Shown: positions 22,611-31,808 of the stretch, one piece after another | Position numbering within the stretch: position 1 is the first letter of the stretch | How the letters are laid out: every line of letters starts with the position of its first letter | Assembly (NCBI GenBank): GCA_965203555.1 | Contig: CBDBCY010000002.1 | Location: forward strand, 64,001-128,000 | Length of the DNA: 64,000 nt | Direction: 5' to 3' | Origin: Acidimicrobiia bacterium | Lineage (GTDB): Bacteria > Actinomycetota > Acidimicrobiia > Spongiisociales > ZC4RG35 | Translations under genes and position numbers: made by a program | The notes under the pieces: generated by a model | Told to the model about the DNA's origin: nothing | Databases searched by the model: none | What the model saw: only the letters and a program-made list of their open reading frames with translations

Positions 22611-23918
22611 ATGCCCCGGATGACGCAGACCTTCCGCTTTCCGGCCAAGTGCTCGCCGTCTGCGCACCGTCGGCTGACGGAGATATTCGGCATGTGCTCA
22701 GAGCTCTACAACGCGGTCCTGGAGTCCTGGAAGGGCACCTACGCGTGGTGGAGAGAGCACAATCTGGAGACGCAGAAGTTCCCCAAAGAGCTCAACCAAT
22801 CCCTCTATGACCGGATGAAGATGTTCACCGATGTGCGCCGGGACCACCCCGAGTGGGGGCACCTCTCTGTCAAGGTCGGCCGGGGTGTTCTGTGCCGCTT
22901 CGACCGCACCGTCCAGGCCTTCTACAAACGCTGTGCGGAGGGGAAGAAGCCGGGGTACCCGAGGTTCAAGTCCCGCCGCCGCTGGCGCACCATCGAGGTA
23001 CCTGACGCCTCCCCGTCCATGATTATCCAGCCGAGGAGTCCCAGGAACCAGAGCGCTGTGTGGTGGCGTCTCCAGGTGAAGGGCGTTCCCCGCCTAAGGT
23101 TCCGGGACAAAGGCGACCGCCTGGCAACGGCTCTGGCAGCGGGGGCCAAACTGGCGGAGTTGCGGGTGGTTCGCACGCCCCTCCGCACGGAGATCCACGC
23201 GGTGGTGAGGCACCCTCCATGCGAGATACCCGTGAAAGAGCCCGCCAACCCGGCGGGGATCGACAGGGGGTTGAAGGTGCGCCTGGCTCTCTCGGATGGA
23301 ACCTTCATCCCTGCCCGTGAGCCCGACAGGACGGCCATCAAGCGGTCCCAGAGGAGGCTCTCCCGAGCGCAGAAGGGATCCAATGCCCGAAGGAAGAAAG
23401 CCCTCGCCCTGGCCAAGGCGCACCGCAGGGAGAAGGAACGGGCCGTCCAGGCCGACTTCCGCCTCGCCCACCACCTGGTGATCACCTACGACGGGATCGC
23501 CGTGGAGCGCCTGAACGTGGCGGCGATGCTCAGGGCCAAGAGATTCTCAAGAAAATTGTCCGACCAGCGGTGGTCGGCCCTCGACTCCATACTGGGATAC
23601 AAAGCCTGGAAAGCTGGTATCCCCTATGAGAGGGTCGACCCGAGTTACACATCCACCGACTGCTCTATCTGTGGCCATCGCCAGGCCATGCCCCTGCACC
23701 TCAGGGTGTTCTCCTGCGAGAGGTGCGGGCTGGAGTTGGACAGGGATGTGAACGCCGCACGAAACACAGGCGCCCGGGGCTTCCCGGGGTCGGGAGGGAC
23801 TTTTCCCGATGCGATGCGCAGAACAAGTCTCCGTCGTAAGACGCCCGCCCCCTCCGGGCGGCGCGGCGCAAGCGGACATCGCAGAACAGTATCCCCCGGG
23901 TCGACTCTGTCTACCTAG
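22611..23918 (+). CDS. tnpB: RNA-guided endonuclease TnpB
   Basis: LYNAVL, GYPRFKS, RuvC-I GIDRG, RuvC-II AVERL, CxxC..CxxC Zn finger, RuvC-III DRDVNAARN. Confidence 0.93.
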   Translation: MPRMTQTFRFPAKCSPSAHRRLTEIFGMCSELYNAVLESWKGTYAWWREHNLETQKFPKELNQSLYDRMKMFTDVRRDHPEWGHLSVKVGRGVLCRFDRTVQAFYKRCAEGKKPGYPRFKSRRRWRTIEVPDASPSMIIQPRSPRNQSAVWWRLQVKGVPRLRFRDKGDRLATALAAGAKLAELRVVRTPLRTEIHAVVRHPPCEIPVKEPANPAGIDRGLKVRLALSDGTFIPAREPDRTAIKRSQRRLSRAQKGSNARRKKALALAKAHRREKERAVQADFRLAHHLVITYDGIAVERLNVAAMLRAKRFSRKLSDQRWSALDSILGYKAWKAGIPYERVDPSYTSTDCSICGHRQAMPLHLRVFSCERCGLELDRDVNAARNTGARGFPGSGGTFPDAMRRTSLRRKTPAPSGRRGASGHRRTVSPGSTLST

Positions 23919-23931
23919 GTATATAAGTCCC
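23783..23931 (+). ncRNA. Candidate omega/reRNA scaffold overlapping the tnpB 3' end
   Basis: Nested helices CCCGGGG/CCCCGGG, TCGGGA/TCCCGA, TGCGATG/CATCGCA, CGTC-GTAA-GACG and CGCCC/GGGCG; boundaries inferred. Confidence 0.55.
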
Positions 23932-24391
23932 AAAACAAACGCCTATCCAGGAGGCCTCAATGCTCCCTGAGTCGGCTTTGCCCGGCGACACGATTCTGGT
24001 GGGTTGTGAAAAAACACCGCCCGCTTGGGATGGACATTGTCCCACCCCCGACGCATACTGTTCTCAGCCAAGTCGAATAAAGCGGTCCGGGTTCCCGAGC
24101 TCGCCCGGGATCGGAAGATAGCCAGATCCGTCCGGTCCTCACCGAGGCGCGGATCAAGCGAACCTGCAATGGTAAGGAGGAGGCGGGGGAGGGCACACGG
24201 TGGGGGGTTCGTAGGGTTCCACCAGTTTTCATAGTGTTGCTGTATGCTCAGCTAGTGCCGCATTTAGGGCCCATTTGGCGTTTCTCGAAGTTTCATTTGG
24301 ACCCGTGTAATCCCGCCCAAGAAATCATCACCAAAAGTCCAACGAGGACGAGCAGCCCTCCACCCAACCAAAACCGCGACGCACCACTAGG

Positions 24392-26467
24392 ATGATGCCG
24401 GTGCCTGGTCGGATCACTTACGGAGAACATACGGTGCCTGACTGTCTATTCCCGCTCGGGCGGAGGGGTGATCGACCGAAAGCGGGTGGCCGGCTGATCG
24501 GGTCCGTGGTCGCGGTGGTAATGGTATTGCTGGCGTCCGGTCTGCCCGCGGCGGCCCAGGTGGGTGGCTATCCCGATGTTGAGGGAGGGGTTCATGCCAG
24601 GTCGATCGCTGCCCTGGCTTCTGATGGTCGGGGCATCCTTGCCGGCACCGACTGTGACGGGGGTTTGTTCTGTCCTGACGATCCGCTGCTGAGATGGGTG
24701 ATGGCCGTGTGGCTGGTGCGAGCCGTTGACGGGGCGGACCCTGATCCGTCCGGGGTGTCGAGCTTCACCGATGTGAGTCCCGTTCGATGGTGGGCGCCTT
24801 ACACGAACCGGCTGGCCGATCTCGAAGTAACGAGAGGGTGCTCTGAGGACCCTCCGCGTTACTGCCCGGACCAGTCGGTGACCCGCGCTCAGATGGCAAG
24901 TTTCTTGGCCCGGGCGTTCGAGTTGCCCGGCGGGGCGCCCGGTCGGTTCTCCGACACTGCCAACAACCCACACGCGGAGAACATCGACAAGCTCGCCGCG
25001 GCAGGGATCACCGCCGGATGCGGTCAGGGGCGCTACTGTCCCGACCGGCCGGTGACCCGGGCCCAGATGGCGACGTTCCTGGCTCGTGCTCTGAAGCTCG
25101 TTCCGCTTCCCGGTGCCACGTCGCTGGCCGACGGCTACCGCCTTGCCTACTCCACGGCAGACCCCGACTACGTGGACAGCTATGGATTTGGGAACCAGAT
25201 ATGGATGGCCGGGCTGCAAGGCGGCAGGGAAGCCATAGGATCGTACAGCGGTCATGGCGGTGCTCATCCGATATTCTCACCGGACGGCAGGTGGGTCGCC
25301 TACGGGGCAAGGGACAAGGCCTATGTCATGGGCACGGATGGCCAAAACGTTCGCGAGGTCCGTTCCCGGGGCCGATGGTCCTTCAATTTCCGGTGGTCGC
25401 CCGACTCGAGATACCTGGTGTACAACACTGCTGGAGGTGCCGGAGGTTCGAACTGGATCGAGAGAAGTGATGGGCAGGACAAACGGTCCATCGGTCTTCT
25501 CTGGCGGTTCTCTCCCGATGGGAGGCTCGCTCTCTACAGTGTCTTCGATGAGGTCGACGGAGAACGGGTTTATGTCCATACTGTTGTCGAGGACCTTGAG
25601 AGTGGTGGCCAGGTCACGATCGATGTTGATGAATCCAATGCCCGATACGTGGAGTTCACGCCGGATGGCCGGAGGGTGTCCTGGATAGCGGAGAACCCCA
25701 ACGGTGTTCACCAGGATCTCTGGATAATGGACATCGACGGTAGCAACAGGGTCAAGTTACTGACGGCAGGCTTGGGTAACCTTCCAGGCTCGGCCAAGCT
25801 ACGCTGGTCGCCCGACGGTAGCCGATTCGCCTACGTTAAGGGTTATGGTATCGGAACCCAGTTCATCGTGGCGGACGCCGCCAACGGTGAGACGATCATG
25901 AACCTAGGTATCAGCAAGTGCAACTACCTTGACTGGGCACCGGATAGCGCACATCTGGTTTCTGACAACCGTGAAGGGTTCGTGTTCAACACGCTCACCG
26001 GGGACACGATAAGGCAGCGGGATCTCTACACGGGAGACCCGAGATACGGTCGGATTCTGAATGTCCGATGGTCGCCGGACAATCAGTCCTTTGCCTACAT
26101 TCTGGAAGAAGAAGACCCCAACAGTCCCGTCCTACCCTCCGATATCTTTGAAGAAGTATCCGACATTTCCAGAGAGTTATGGACCGATCCATATTTCCCC
26201 GTTTCTACACAACTATGGATTGCGGACGCTGATGGAAAGAACAAGAGGAAACTGGTCGACAATGTAGGATACGACTTTCGTTGGTCACCCGACGGCAAAC
26301 GTATAGCCTACTCGACTCTGTCCCCCATCAGATTCGACGAAGCCGGACCCCTACCGCGCTCTGCATCCGCGCTATGGATCACGGATAGCGACGGCAGTAA
26401 CCAATGGAGTGTTGTTGCCCAACCTGAATACGGCCGAATCACCCTCTTAGGTTGGCTACCAAGCTGA
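24392..26467 (+). CDS. Secreted SLH-domain protein with TolB/PD40-like beta-propeller (start uncertain)
   Basis: Signal peptide ending PAAA; three SLH repeats (YCPD..VTRAQMA.FLARA); many WSPDG repeats. Confidence 0.85.
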   Translation: MMPVPGRITYGEHTVPDCLFPLGRRGDRPKAGGRLIGSVVAVVMVLLASGLPAAAQVGGYPDVEGGVHARSIAALASDGRGILAGTDCDGGLFCPDDPLLRWVMAVWLVRAVDGADPDPSGVSSFTDVSPVRWWAPYTNRLADLEVTRGCSEDPPRYCPDQSVTRAQMASFLARAFELPGGAPGRFSDTANNPHAENIDKLAAAGITAGCGQGRYCPDRPVTRAQMATFLARALKLVPLPGATSLADGYRLAYSTADPDYVDSYGFGNQIWMAGLQGGREAIGSYSGHGGAHPIFSPDGRWVAYGARDKAYVMGTDGQNVREVRSRGRWSFNFRWSPDSRYLVYNTAGGAGGSNWIERSDGQDKRSIGLLWRFSPDGRLALYSVFDEVDGERVYVHTVVEDLESGGQVTIDVDESNARYVEFTPDGRRVSWIAENPNGVHQDLWIMDIDGSNRVKLLTAGLGNLPGSAKLRWSPDGSRFAYVKGYGIGTQFIVADAANGETIMNLGISKCNYLDWAPDSAHLVSDNREGFVFNTLTGDTIRQRDLYTGDPRYGRILNVRWSPDNQSFAYILEEEDPNSPVLPSDIFEEVSDISRELWTDPYFPVSTQLWIADADGKNKRKLVDNVGYDFRWSPDGKRIAYSTLSPIRFDEAGPLPRSASALWITDSDGSNQWSVVAQPEYGRITLLGWLPS

Positions 26468-26761
26468 AGGAGCCACAGCAAACTACCACCGGCCTATCCG
26501 ACTCTCGTCCAAAGTCGAGGTTGACTCCTGCCGGGCGGAAAACGAGAGGCGCGATTGCCGGGTAGCGACCCCACAGCCTCGCTCTAACCTTAGTACCCGG
26601 CTAATACCATGCGGACAACCCCCAGCCTCAACCGGATCATCCTCGCCGAAAAGCACCGAGTCAGATAACGTGGGGTGCTCCAACTCCTGGTTTCGACAAG
26701 AACGGAGGGAGGTACATCGGGGTAATCCCAGCGGCCCCAACCTCGGCTCCCATGTAGTAGT

Positions 26762-27021
26762 TCACTGGACCTTATTGATTGTGTGACGGTACTTCTTCGG
26801 TACCATCGCCTTCCCGCGTTCACCTTCTTCTGTTACTTCGCCAGTGACCACGTTGATTCTCGTGCTGTTGTTTGAGGGTGGGTTCTTGTCTGGACAATGG
26901 CTTGCAATGATCGCGTAGGTCGAGTACCGGTAGACCAAGTCGAACCAGGAAAGGAACTGCCTGAGTTTTGTTCTGTCATCCACAACATCCGGTGTCCCAT
27001 GGAGCATCTGATACATGCGGC
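26762..27021 (-). pseudogene. 3' part of a hypothetical gene split by IS21
   Basis: Removing the IS and one CGGC copy joins ...FEHTAG (29309 side) in frame to RMYQMLHG... Confidence 0.7.
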
Positions 27022-27162
27022 TGTTGGCGATCACTGAAAGTTCCCAGTCTCGATCACTGAAAGTTCCCACCTCCTGGGGGTAAATGCCCGTTGTTGGGTA
27101 GGGCTCTCTCCAAGCTAAGGGATTGTCACATTTCCTAGCTGTGGAGAGGAGCCCTGCCCTTT

Positions 27163-28461
27163 ATGTTGGTACTGGAGGAGTGCGTGGAAGTTCATGCTTT
27201 GAGGAGGCGGGGGTGGTCGATCTCGGCTATCGCCCGTCATGTTGGTAAGAGCCGCCGTACCGTGCGAGCGTATCTGTCGGGCGATCGGGTGCCCGGTCAG
27301 CGTGCCCGGGCGGGGGCGGATCTGTTTGATGAGTTCGAGGCGTATGTGCGGCAGCGGTTGTCTGATGATCCGCATGTGTGGGGGTCGGCGTTGTTCGACG
27401 AGGTGGTGGCTTTGGGCTATGAGCAGAGCTACCCGACGTTCGTGCGGAAGGTCCGTCTTCGGGGCCTGCGGCCGTTGTGTGGCGCCTGTGCGGGTACCAG
27501 GGGCCGGGCCACGGCGATCATCGATCATCCACCGGGTGAGGAGTGCCAGTGGGACTGGGTGGAGTTACGTGACACGCCGTGGGGAGCCACCGCTCATGTG
27601 CTGGTGGGTGTGCTGTCGCACTCGGGCGCTTTTCGGGCGTGGATCACGTCCCGCCAGGACCAACCCCATTTGGTGGAGGGTCTTGACCAGGTGTTGAGAC
27701 GACTGGAGGGTACCCCGCGGCGGTGGAGGGTGGATCGGATGGCGACCGTGGTCGCCGCCACCGGTCGTATCCAGCCGTCGTTCGTTGGGGTAGCCAAACA
27801 TTATGGGGTGGTTGTTGACCCGTGCCCACCGCGCCGTCCTCAACGGAAAGGCGTGGTGGAAAAGGCCATCCACTATGTCTCTCAGCGGTGGTGGCGCACC
27901 GCAGCGGTGACCAGCATCGCCGAAGCACAGCACAGTCTGGACAGATTCTGCCAGACCGTGGGCGATCTTCGCCCACGGGGTGAGAGCACGGTGGGTGAGC
28001 TGGCCAAGACCGAGCCTCTCCTCGAGCTGCCCCTGGTGGCTTACCCGGCAGAAGGGACTTTGGAGCGCAGGGTGACATCCAACGGGCTGGTATCGGTACG
28101 CGGTAACCGATACTCGGTGCCACCAGGGGTGATAGGAACCCAGGTCACCGTCCGATGGAGGCTCGGTGACCCCACTATCAGCATGTTCTCGGCCAGTGGC
28201 CGGCTGGTCGCCACCCACCAGCAGGCACCCCGCGGTATGGGACGGGTGGTTCGGCTACCCGAACACACCGCCGCTTTGGAGAACGTGGTCCTAGCCGAGT
28301 TCACCACCAAACCACCCTGCAAACCCAAACCCAACCGTCCGCCATCAGACGCGGCTTTGGCTATCGCCGCCGGTATCGGAGACCTGTACACCGAAACGGT
28401 GATCGATCTGGAGGTGTACCAGCGGCACATCGACCAACAAAACCGAAAAGCGGGGCTGTGA
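27163..28461 (+). CDS. istA: IS21 transposase
   Basis: N-terminal HTH, PGEECQWDW, DRM, KGVVEK and GNRYSVP motifs. Confidence 0.93.
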   Translation: MLVLEECVEVHALRRRGWSISAIARHVGKSRRTVRAYLSGDRVPGQRARAGADLFDEFEAYVRQRLSDDPHVWGSALFDEVVALGYEQSYPTFVRKVRLRGLRPLCGACAGTRGRATAIIDHPPGEECQWDWVELRDTPWGATAHVLVGVLSHSGAFRAWITSRQDQPHLVEGLDQVLRRLEGTPRRWRVDRMATVVAATGRIQPSFVGVAKHYGVVVDPCPPRRPQRKGVVEKAIHYVSQRWWRTAAVTSIAEAQHSLDRFCQTVGDLRPRGESTVGELAKTEPLLELPLVAYPAEGTLERRVTSNGLVSVRGNRYSVPPGVIGTQVTVRWRLGDPTISMFSASGRLVATHQQAPRGMGRVVRLPEHTAALENVVLAEFTTKPPCKPKPNRPPSDAALAIAAGIGDLYTETVIDLEVYQRHIDQQNRKAGL

Positions 28462-29243
28462 TGAACCAATCGGTGTACCAACAGCTGCGAGGCCATCTGG
28501 CCTACCTCAACCTACCCGCCGCCGCCGAGGCGCTCCCCACCCACCTCGAACAGGCACGAACCAACCGTGAAAGCCACACCGAGTTCCTTGAAGGTCTACT
28601 TCGAGTAGAAGTCGAGACCACCGAACAACGGCGATGGGAAACCCGTCTCAAACTGGCGAACTTCCCCACCAGATGGCAACTGGAAGACTTCGACTTCACC
28701 GCCCAACCCAGCGTCGACGAGAAACTGGTAAGAGAGCTGGTTACCGGGGCCTACCTGGCCGATGCCTCCAACGTTTTGTTCATCGGACCGCCCGGCGTGG
28801 GCAAAACCATGCTGGCGGTCATCCTCGGCCGCGCCGCGGTAGACACCGGTCACAAGGTGTACTACACCACCGCTGCGGACCTGGCGGCGCGGTGCCGCAA
28901 AGCCGCCCTACAAGGACGATGGGCCCAAACGTTGCGGTTCTTCAACACCCCCAAAGTGTTGATCATCGACGAACTGGGCTATCTGCCCATGCCGGCAGAA
29001 GACGCCGCCACCCTGTTCCAAGTCATCTCCAGACGGTACGGAAAAGGATCGATCATTCTCACCACCAACCTCGGTGTCGCGTCGTGGGGAGAGATCTTCT
29101 CCGACCACACCATCGCCGCCGCCATGCTCGACCGGCTGCTCCACAAAAGCGTGGTGTTCACCATCACCGGCGACAGCTACCGCCTGAGAAGCTACCAAGC
29201 CCAAGCCCGAAAACACCGACCGAAAGGAGACCTGCTAGCCTAA
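28458..29243 (+). CDS. istB: IS21 helper AAA+ ATPase
   Basis: GPPGVGKT, LIIDELGY, LTTN, AMLDRLLH, GDSYRL. Confidence 0.95.
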   Translation: MMNQSVYQQLRGHLAYLNLPAAAEALPTHLEQARTNRESHTEFLEGLLRVEVETTEQRRWETRLKLANFPTRWQLEDFDFTAQPSVDEKLVRELVTGAYLADASNVLFIGPPGVGKTMLAVILGRAAVDTGHKVYYTTAADLAARCRKAALQGRWAQTLRFFNTPKVLIIDELGYLPMPAEDAATLFQVISRRYGKGSIILTTNLGVASWGEIFSDHTIAAAMLDRLLHKSVVFTITGDSYRLRSYQAQARKHRPKGDLLA

Positions 29244-29308
29244 AACCACCCAACCCAGGGTGGGAACTTTCGCTGATCGACTCTGGGTACTTTCGATGAT
29301 CGTCATCA

Positions 29309-29966
29309 CGGCCAGCGGTGTGCTCAAAGCTGTGGATGAATTCGCGAAGCGCTGTGGACAGACCCGGCCTGTCAATCCGGCCTAGTGCGTTGATGTGGCT
29401 CTGCAGGTTTAGGCAACCCTCGTGCCAGCGTTCCACCTGTGCTGATCCGTCCCCGAGCAGCAAAGCCCCTTCCGGCTCGTTTGCTCTGTACGTCTGCCAG
29501 TAACTCCCTGGCGTCTCCTTCGCCGTCTTCGATCACCCGGCGTGTGGGGCCTATCTCGTCTACCAGCGACACCGCGATTCTCTTCCACGCATCACTATCG
29601 GTAGTGTGAAACCGGCTGACCCCTGCGGAAGACAGCACCTCCCGAAACTCCGACACCCGCATGAGCGCCACTTCGGTGGGTTCAAACAGATCAGGACGCG
29701 ATCCGTAGAGATCCGCAGCGGCCTTCCATAGGCGGTTGGCGTCGCGCATCCGATCCACCGCCGACACGAAAGTCAAAAAGAGGCGCATCTCTCTATCTGA
29801 AGCGTGCAACTCACGCAGGAAACGGATTGCTCCAACCTCTGGCATTTGGTACCAAATGCCAGCCGTTGCCTTCTCCCCGCCCAGCAAATCCAACCCCTCG
29901 CCGTAGAAGCTGTCTGCGATCAGTTCCGCCAATCGGGCCGTCTTCTGTACCCGCGGATCGCTCATA
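29309..29966 (-). pseudogene. Helical, possibly DNA-glycosylase-like protein N-terminus, joined out of frame near 29470 to the IS21-split ORF
   Basis: LFLTFVSAVDRMRDANRLW..LFEP..GVSRFH..D..AW..IA; composition changes abruptly after SKRAGRG; family assignment from memory only. Confidence 0.4.
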
Positions 29967-29976
29967 ACCATCACTA

Positions 29977-30426
29977 TCACCCCGGCGGGTGACCGGATGC
30001 CAAATGCGCCTTGTACCACGCGATTTGTGAACCGATGCCCGGTACATGGGCCAACGGTCTATGCACCTCCGCTCCGGCCTCACGCAACTTCAGTTCCAAG
30101 CCAAACTCGACATACAACTTACCTGCATGAACCTCTACAGTCTTTCTCTCAAGACCGGCAGTCACATCCTGCAATTGGTTCAGGACATGCCGTGACCAGG
30201 CCCTTCGTTCCGTAGGCGAGAGATCGGCCAGCGCCAGATCGTAAGGTTCGATGTGGGTGTCGGGAGCCAAAAGCCCGTGCTTGGCGCTAAGAACAAACCA
30301 CGGGACAGCAAGTCGCTCTGCATACTCCCGCCGGTACTTCCAAAGCGGTGATACATAGACATCGCGGGCCGGCCCGGCCCAGCCCGACTTCCGCTTCACA
30401 CACCCCACCAGAAGAAAGTCCGCCAT
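29977..30426 (-). CDS. DUF6884 family protein
   Basis: LVGCVK.K....ARD.Y.SPLW..RR.YAE, WFVLSAKHGLL.PD..IEPYD, HAG..Y and GIG.Q..WY motifs. Confidence 0.75.
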   Translation of the reverse strand: MADFLLVGCVKRKSGWAGPARDVYVSPLWKYRREYAERLAVPWFVLSAKHGLLAPDTHIEPYDLALADLSPTERRAWSRHVLNQLQDVTAGLERKTVEVHAGKLYVEFGLELKLREAGAEVHRPLAHVPGIGSQIAWYKAHLASGHPPG

Positions 30427-30718
30427 CCTCAGGGGCGCTGCCTAACCCGAATCACTTTCGATCCGAAGCCTACCCCGGTGCAGAGAGAGATAGCAGGGTC
30501 GCGGACACCCCGCCGCACCCACACCCGACCAAAGTGCCAACCTTCCACGCTAAACCAAAGGTCCCAAGGCAAAGCCACAGAGCGTGATAACCGCCGCTTG
30601 GCTGGTATGGAACGAACCGGGAAACCAGTACGTCCCCAAACTGACAAATAAGGGTCCCCGGTTCCTGTTATCTTGGAAGAACGTGAGCGGTTTCTCGGTG
30701 AATTCTTCGGGTTTGACT

Positions 30719-31459
30719 GTGCCGAACGGTGGCACGCAACCTCCGCAGCCGATCCTCTTCCTCGTCAAGTTCGTCCACAAAGAAGAGCACGTTAAGAGCC
30801 TGCTGAGAGGAAGGCTGTACGCTCAACGGCTCTCCTGTTTCAAACGGCGGGAAAGTGGCGCCGCACCTGGTCTTGTCGACCTGCACGAGGGAACAAGCAG
30901 CTGGATGCAGCCGGGAAGGGTCTCTTTGCAGATCAATGGTTGGGACCTGACGCCGGATCTCGCAGGTCCTGTCCAGACGCAACCGACCTGGTGCGACCAT
31001 CTGAACGTATTCTGCGTGCATGCCGCACTTACCAATAGACGGAGTCTGGAACGGGCCAGGAGCGGGGACATCGAAGGCCTGCGGCGAAAAATCCGGATTC
31101 CACAGAAATGCTTCGAACTGGGCAAACACGCCATCGTGATCAGAGACATTCCCGAGTTCATGCGTAGGTTCGACGCGGCGATAGCATCACACCGCTACAG
31201 GGCTTGCAAGAAGCTCGTCAGGTACTACGACCCGTCTACCTTCCACGGGCACTTCGATGGCCTCGACCCTGTGTTCAGGAAACGCAGCGAGTACGGCTAC
31301 CAACGAGAGTACAGGTTCGCGATAGACACTGGTACCACCGGTGACGAACCCCTTAAACTGAACATCGGCGACATTAGAGATATCACTCTGCGCTTCAGGT
31401 CCAAAGACCTCAACGGGGAGCAATTCCTTGGCGGAAGCATAGAAGTCGAGCAGTACTGA
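30719..31459 (+). CDS. Hypothetical protein, weakly DUF2971-like (start uncertain)
   Basis: Plausible globular ORF with NVFC, VRYYD and FRKRSEYGYQREYRF; codon usage differs from the core genes. Confidence 0.55.
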   Translation: MPNGGTQPPQPILFLVKFVHKEEHVKSLLRGRLYAQRLSCFKRRESGAAPGLVDLHEGTSSWMQPGRVSLQINGWDLTPDLAGPVQTQPTWCDHLNVFCVHAALTNRRSLERARSGDIEGLRRKIRIPQKCFELGKHAIVIRDIPEFMRRFDAAIASHRYRACKKLVRYYDPSTFHGHFDGLDPVFRKRSEYGYQREYRFAIDTGTTGDEPLKLNIGDIRDITLRFRSKDLNGEQFLGGSIEVEQY

Positions 31460-31808
31460 CAGATCCTGCTGTTGTCCAGTCAACTTGCTAGCTGTAACCT
31501 GACCTCGGACAACAACCCATCATCTACTGGAGGGAGACGCCTCGTACACCGACGGGAGGCATCACCCCACCGCCGAGAGCCGCCATCGGACCACCTCCAA
31601 TGCGGCCCAACTTTCCTGAGGCGAAAAGGCATCCTGATACTAAACCTGGTACTGACAAAGTCAGATACTCCATTGACCTGGGGTTTAAAGCCCTAGCAAG
31701 GTGTTGGGGGAGGGATCCCAAGTCGGGAGTGGGGTGGTTGGTTTTTCGCGACTCAAGGTTGGGTTTTCGCGGGAAACGGCGGTCGCGGGTTTGGTTCGGA
31801 TGTGGCGT

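Larger units (their letters stand above)
22540..23931 (+). mobile_element. Non-autonomous TIR-bounded element carrying only tnpB, with 8-bp TSD (IS1595-like ends)
   Basis: 26-bp imperfect inverted repeats at 22540-22565 and 23906-23931 (23/26 match); AAAACAAA directly repeated at 22532-22539 and 23932-23939. Confidence 0.85.
27022..29308 (+). mobile_element. Complete IS21-family insertion sequence
   Basis: About 50-bp IRs (TGTTGGCGATCACTGAAAGTTCCCAG... and reverse complement TGATGACGATCATCGAAAGTACCCAG...) with internal repeats; 4-bp TSD CGGC; istA-istB. Confidence 0.95.

Noticed and set aside
22441-23971. 12-bp direct repeat ATGCTCCCTGAG at 22441 and 23960 as alternative element boundaries
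   Set aside because: Not adjacent to convincing inverted repeats; the TIR plus 8-bp TSD boundary is much better supported. It may be an older scar or chance.
27022-27072. Tandem CGATCACTGAAAGTTCCCA repeats as a mini-array or iterons
   Set aside because: These are the internal transposase-binding repeats typical of IS21 ends.
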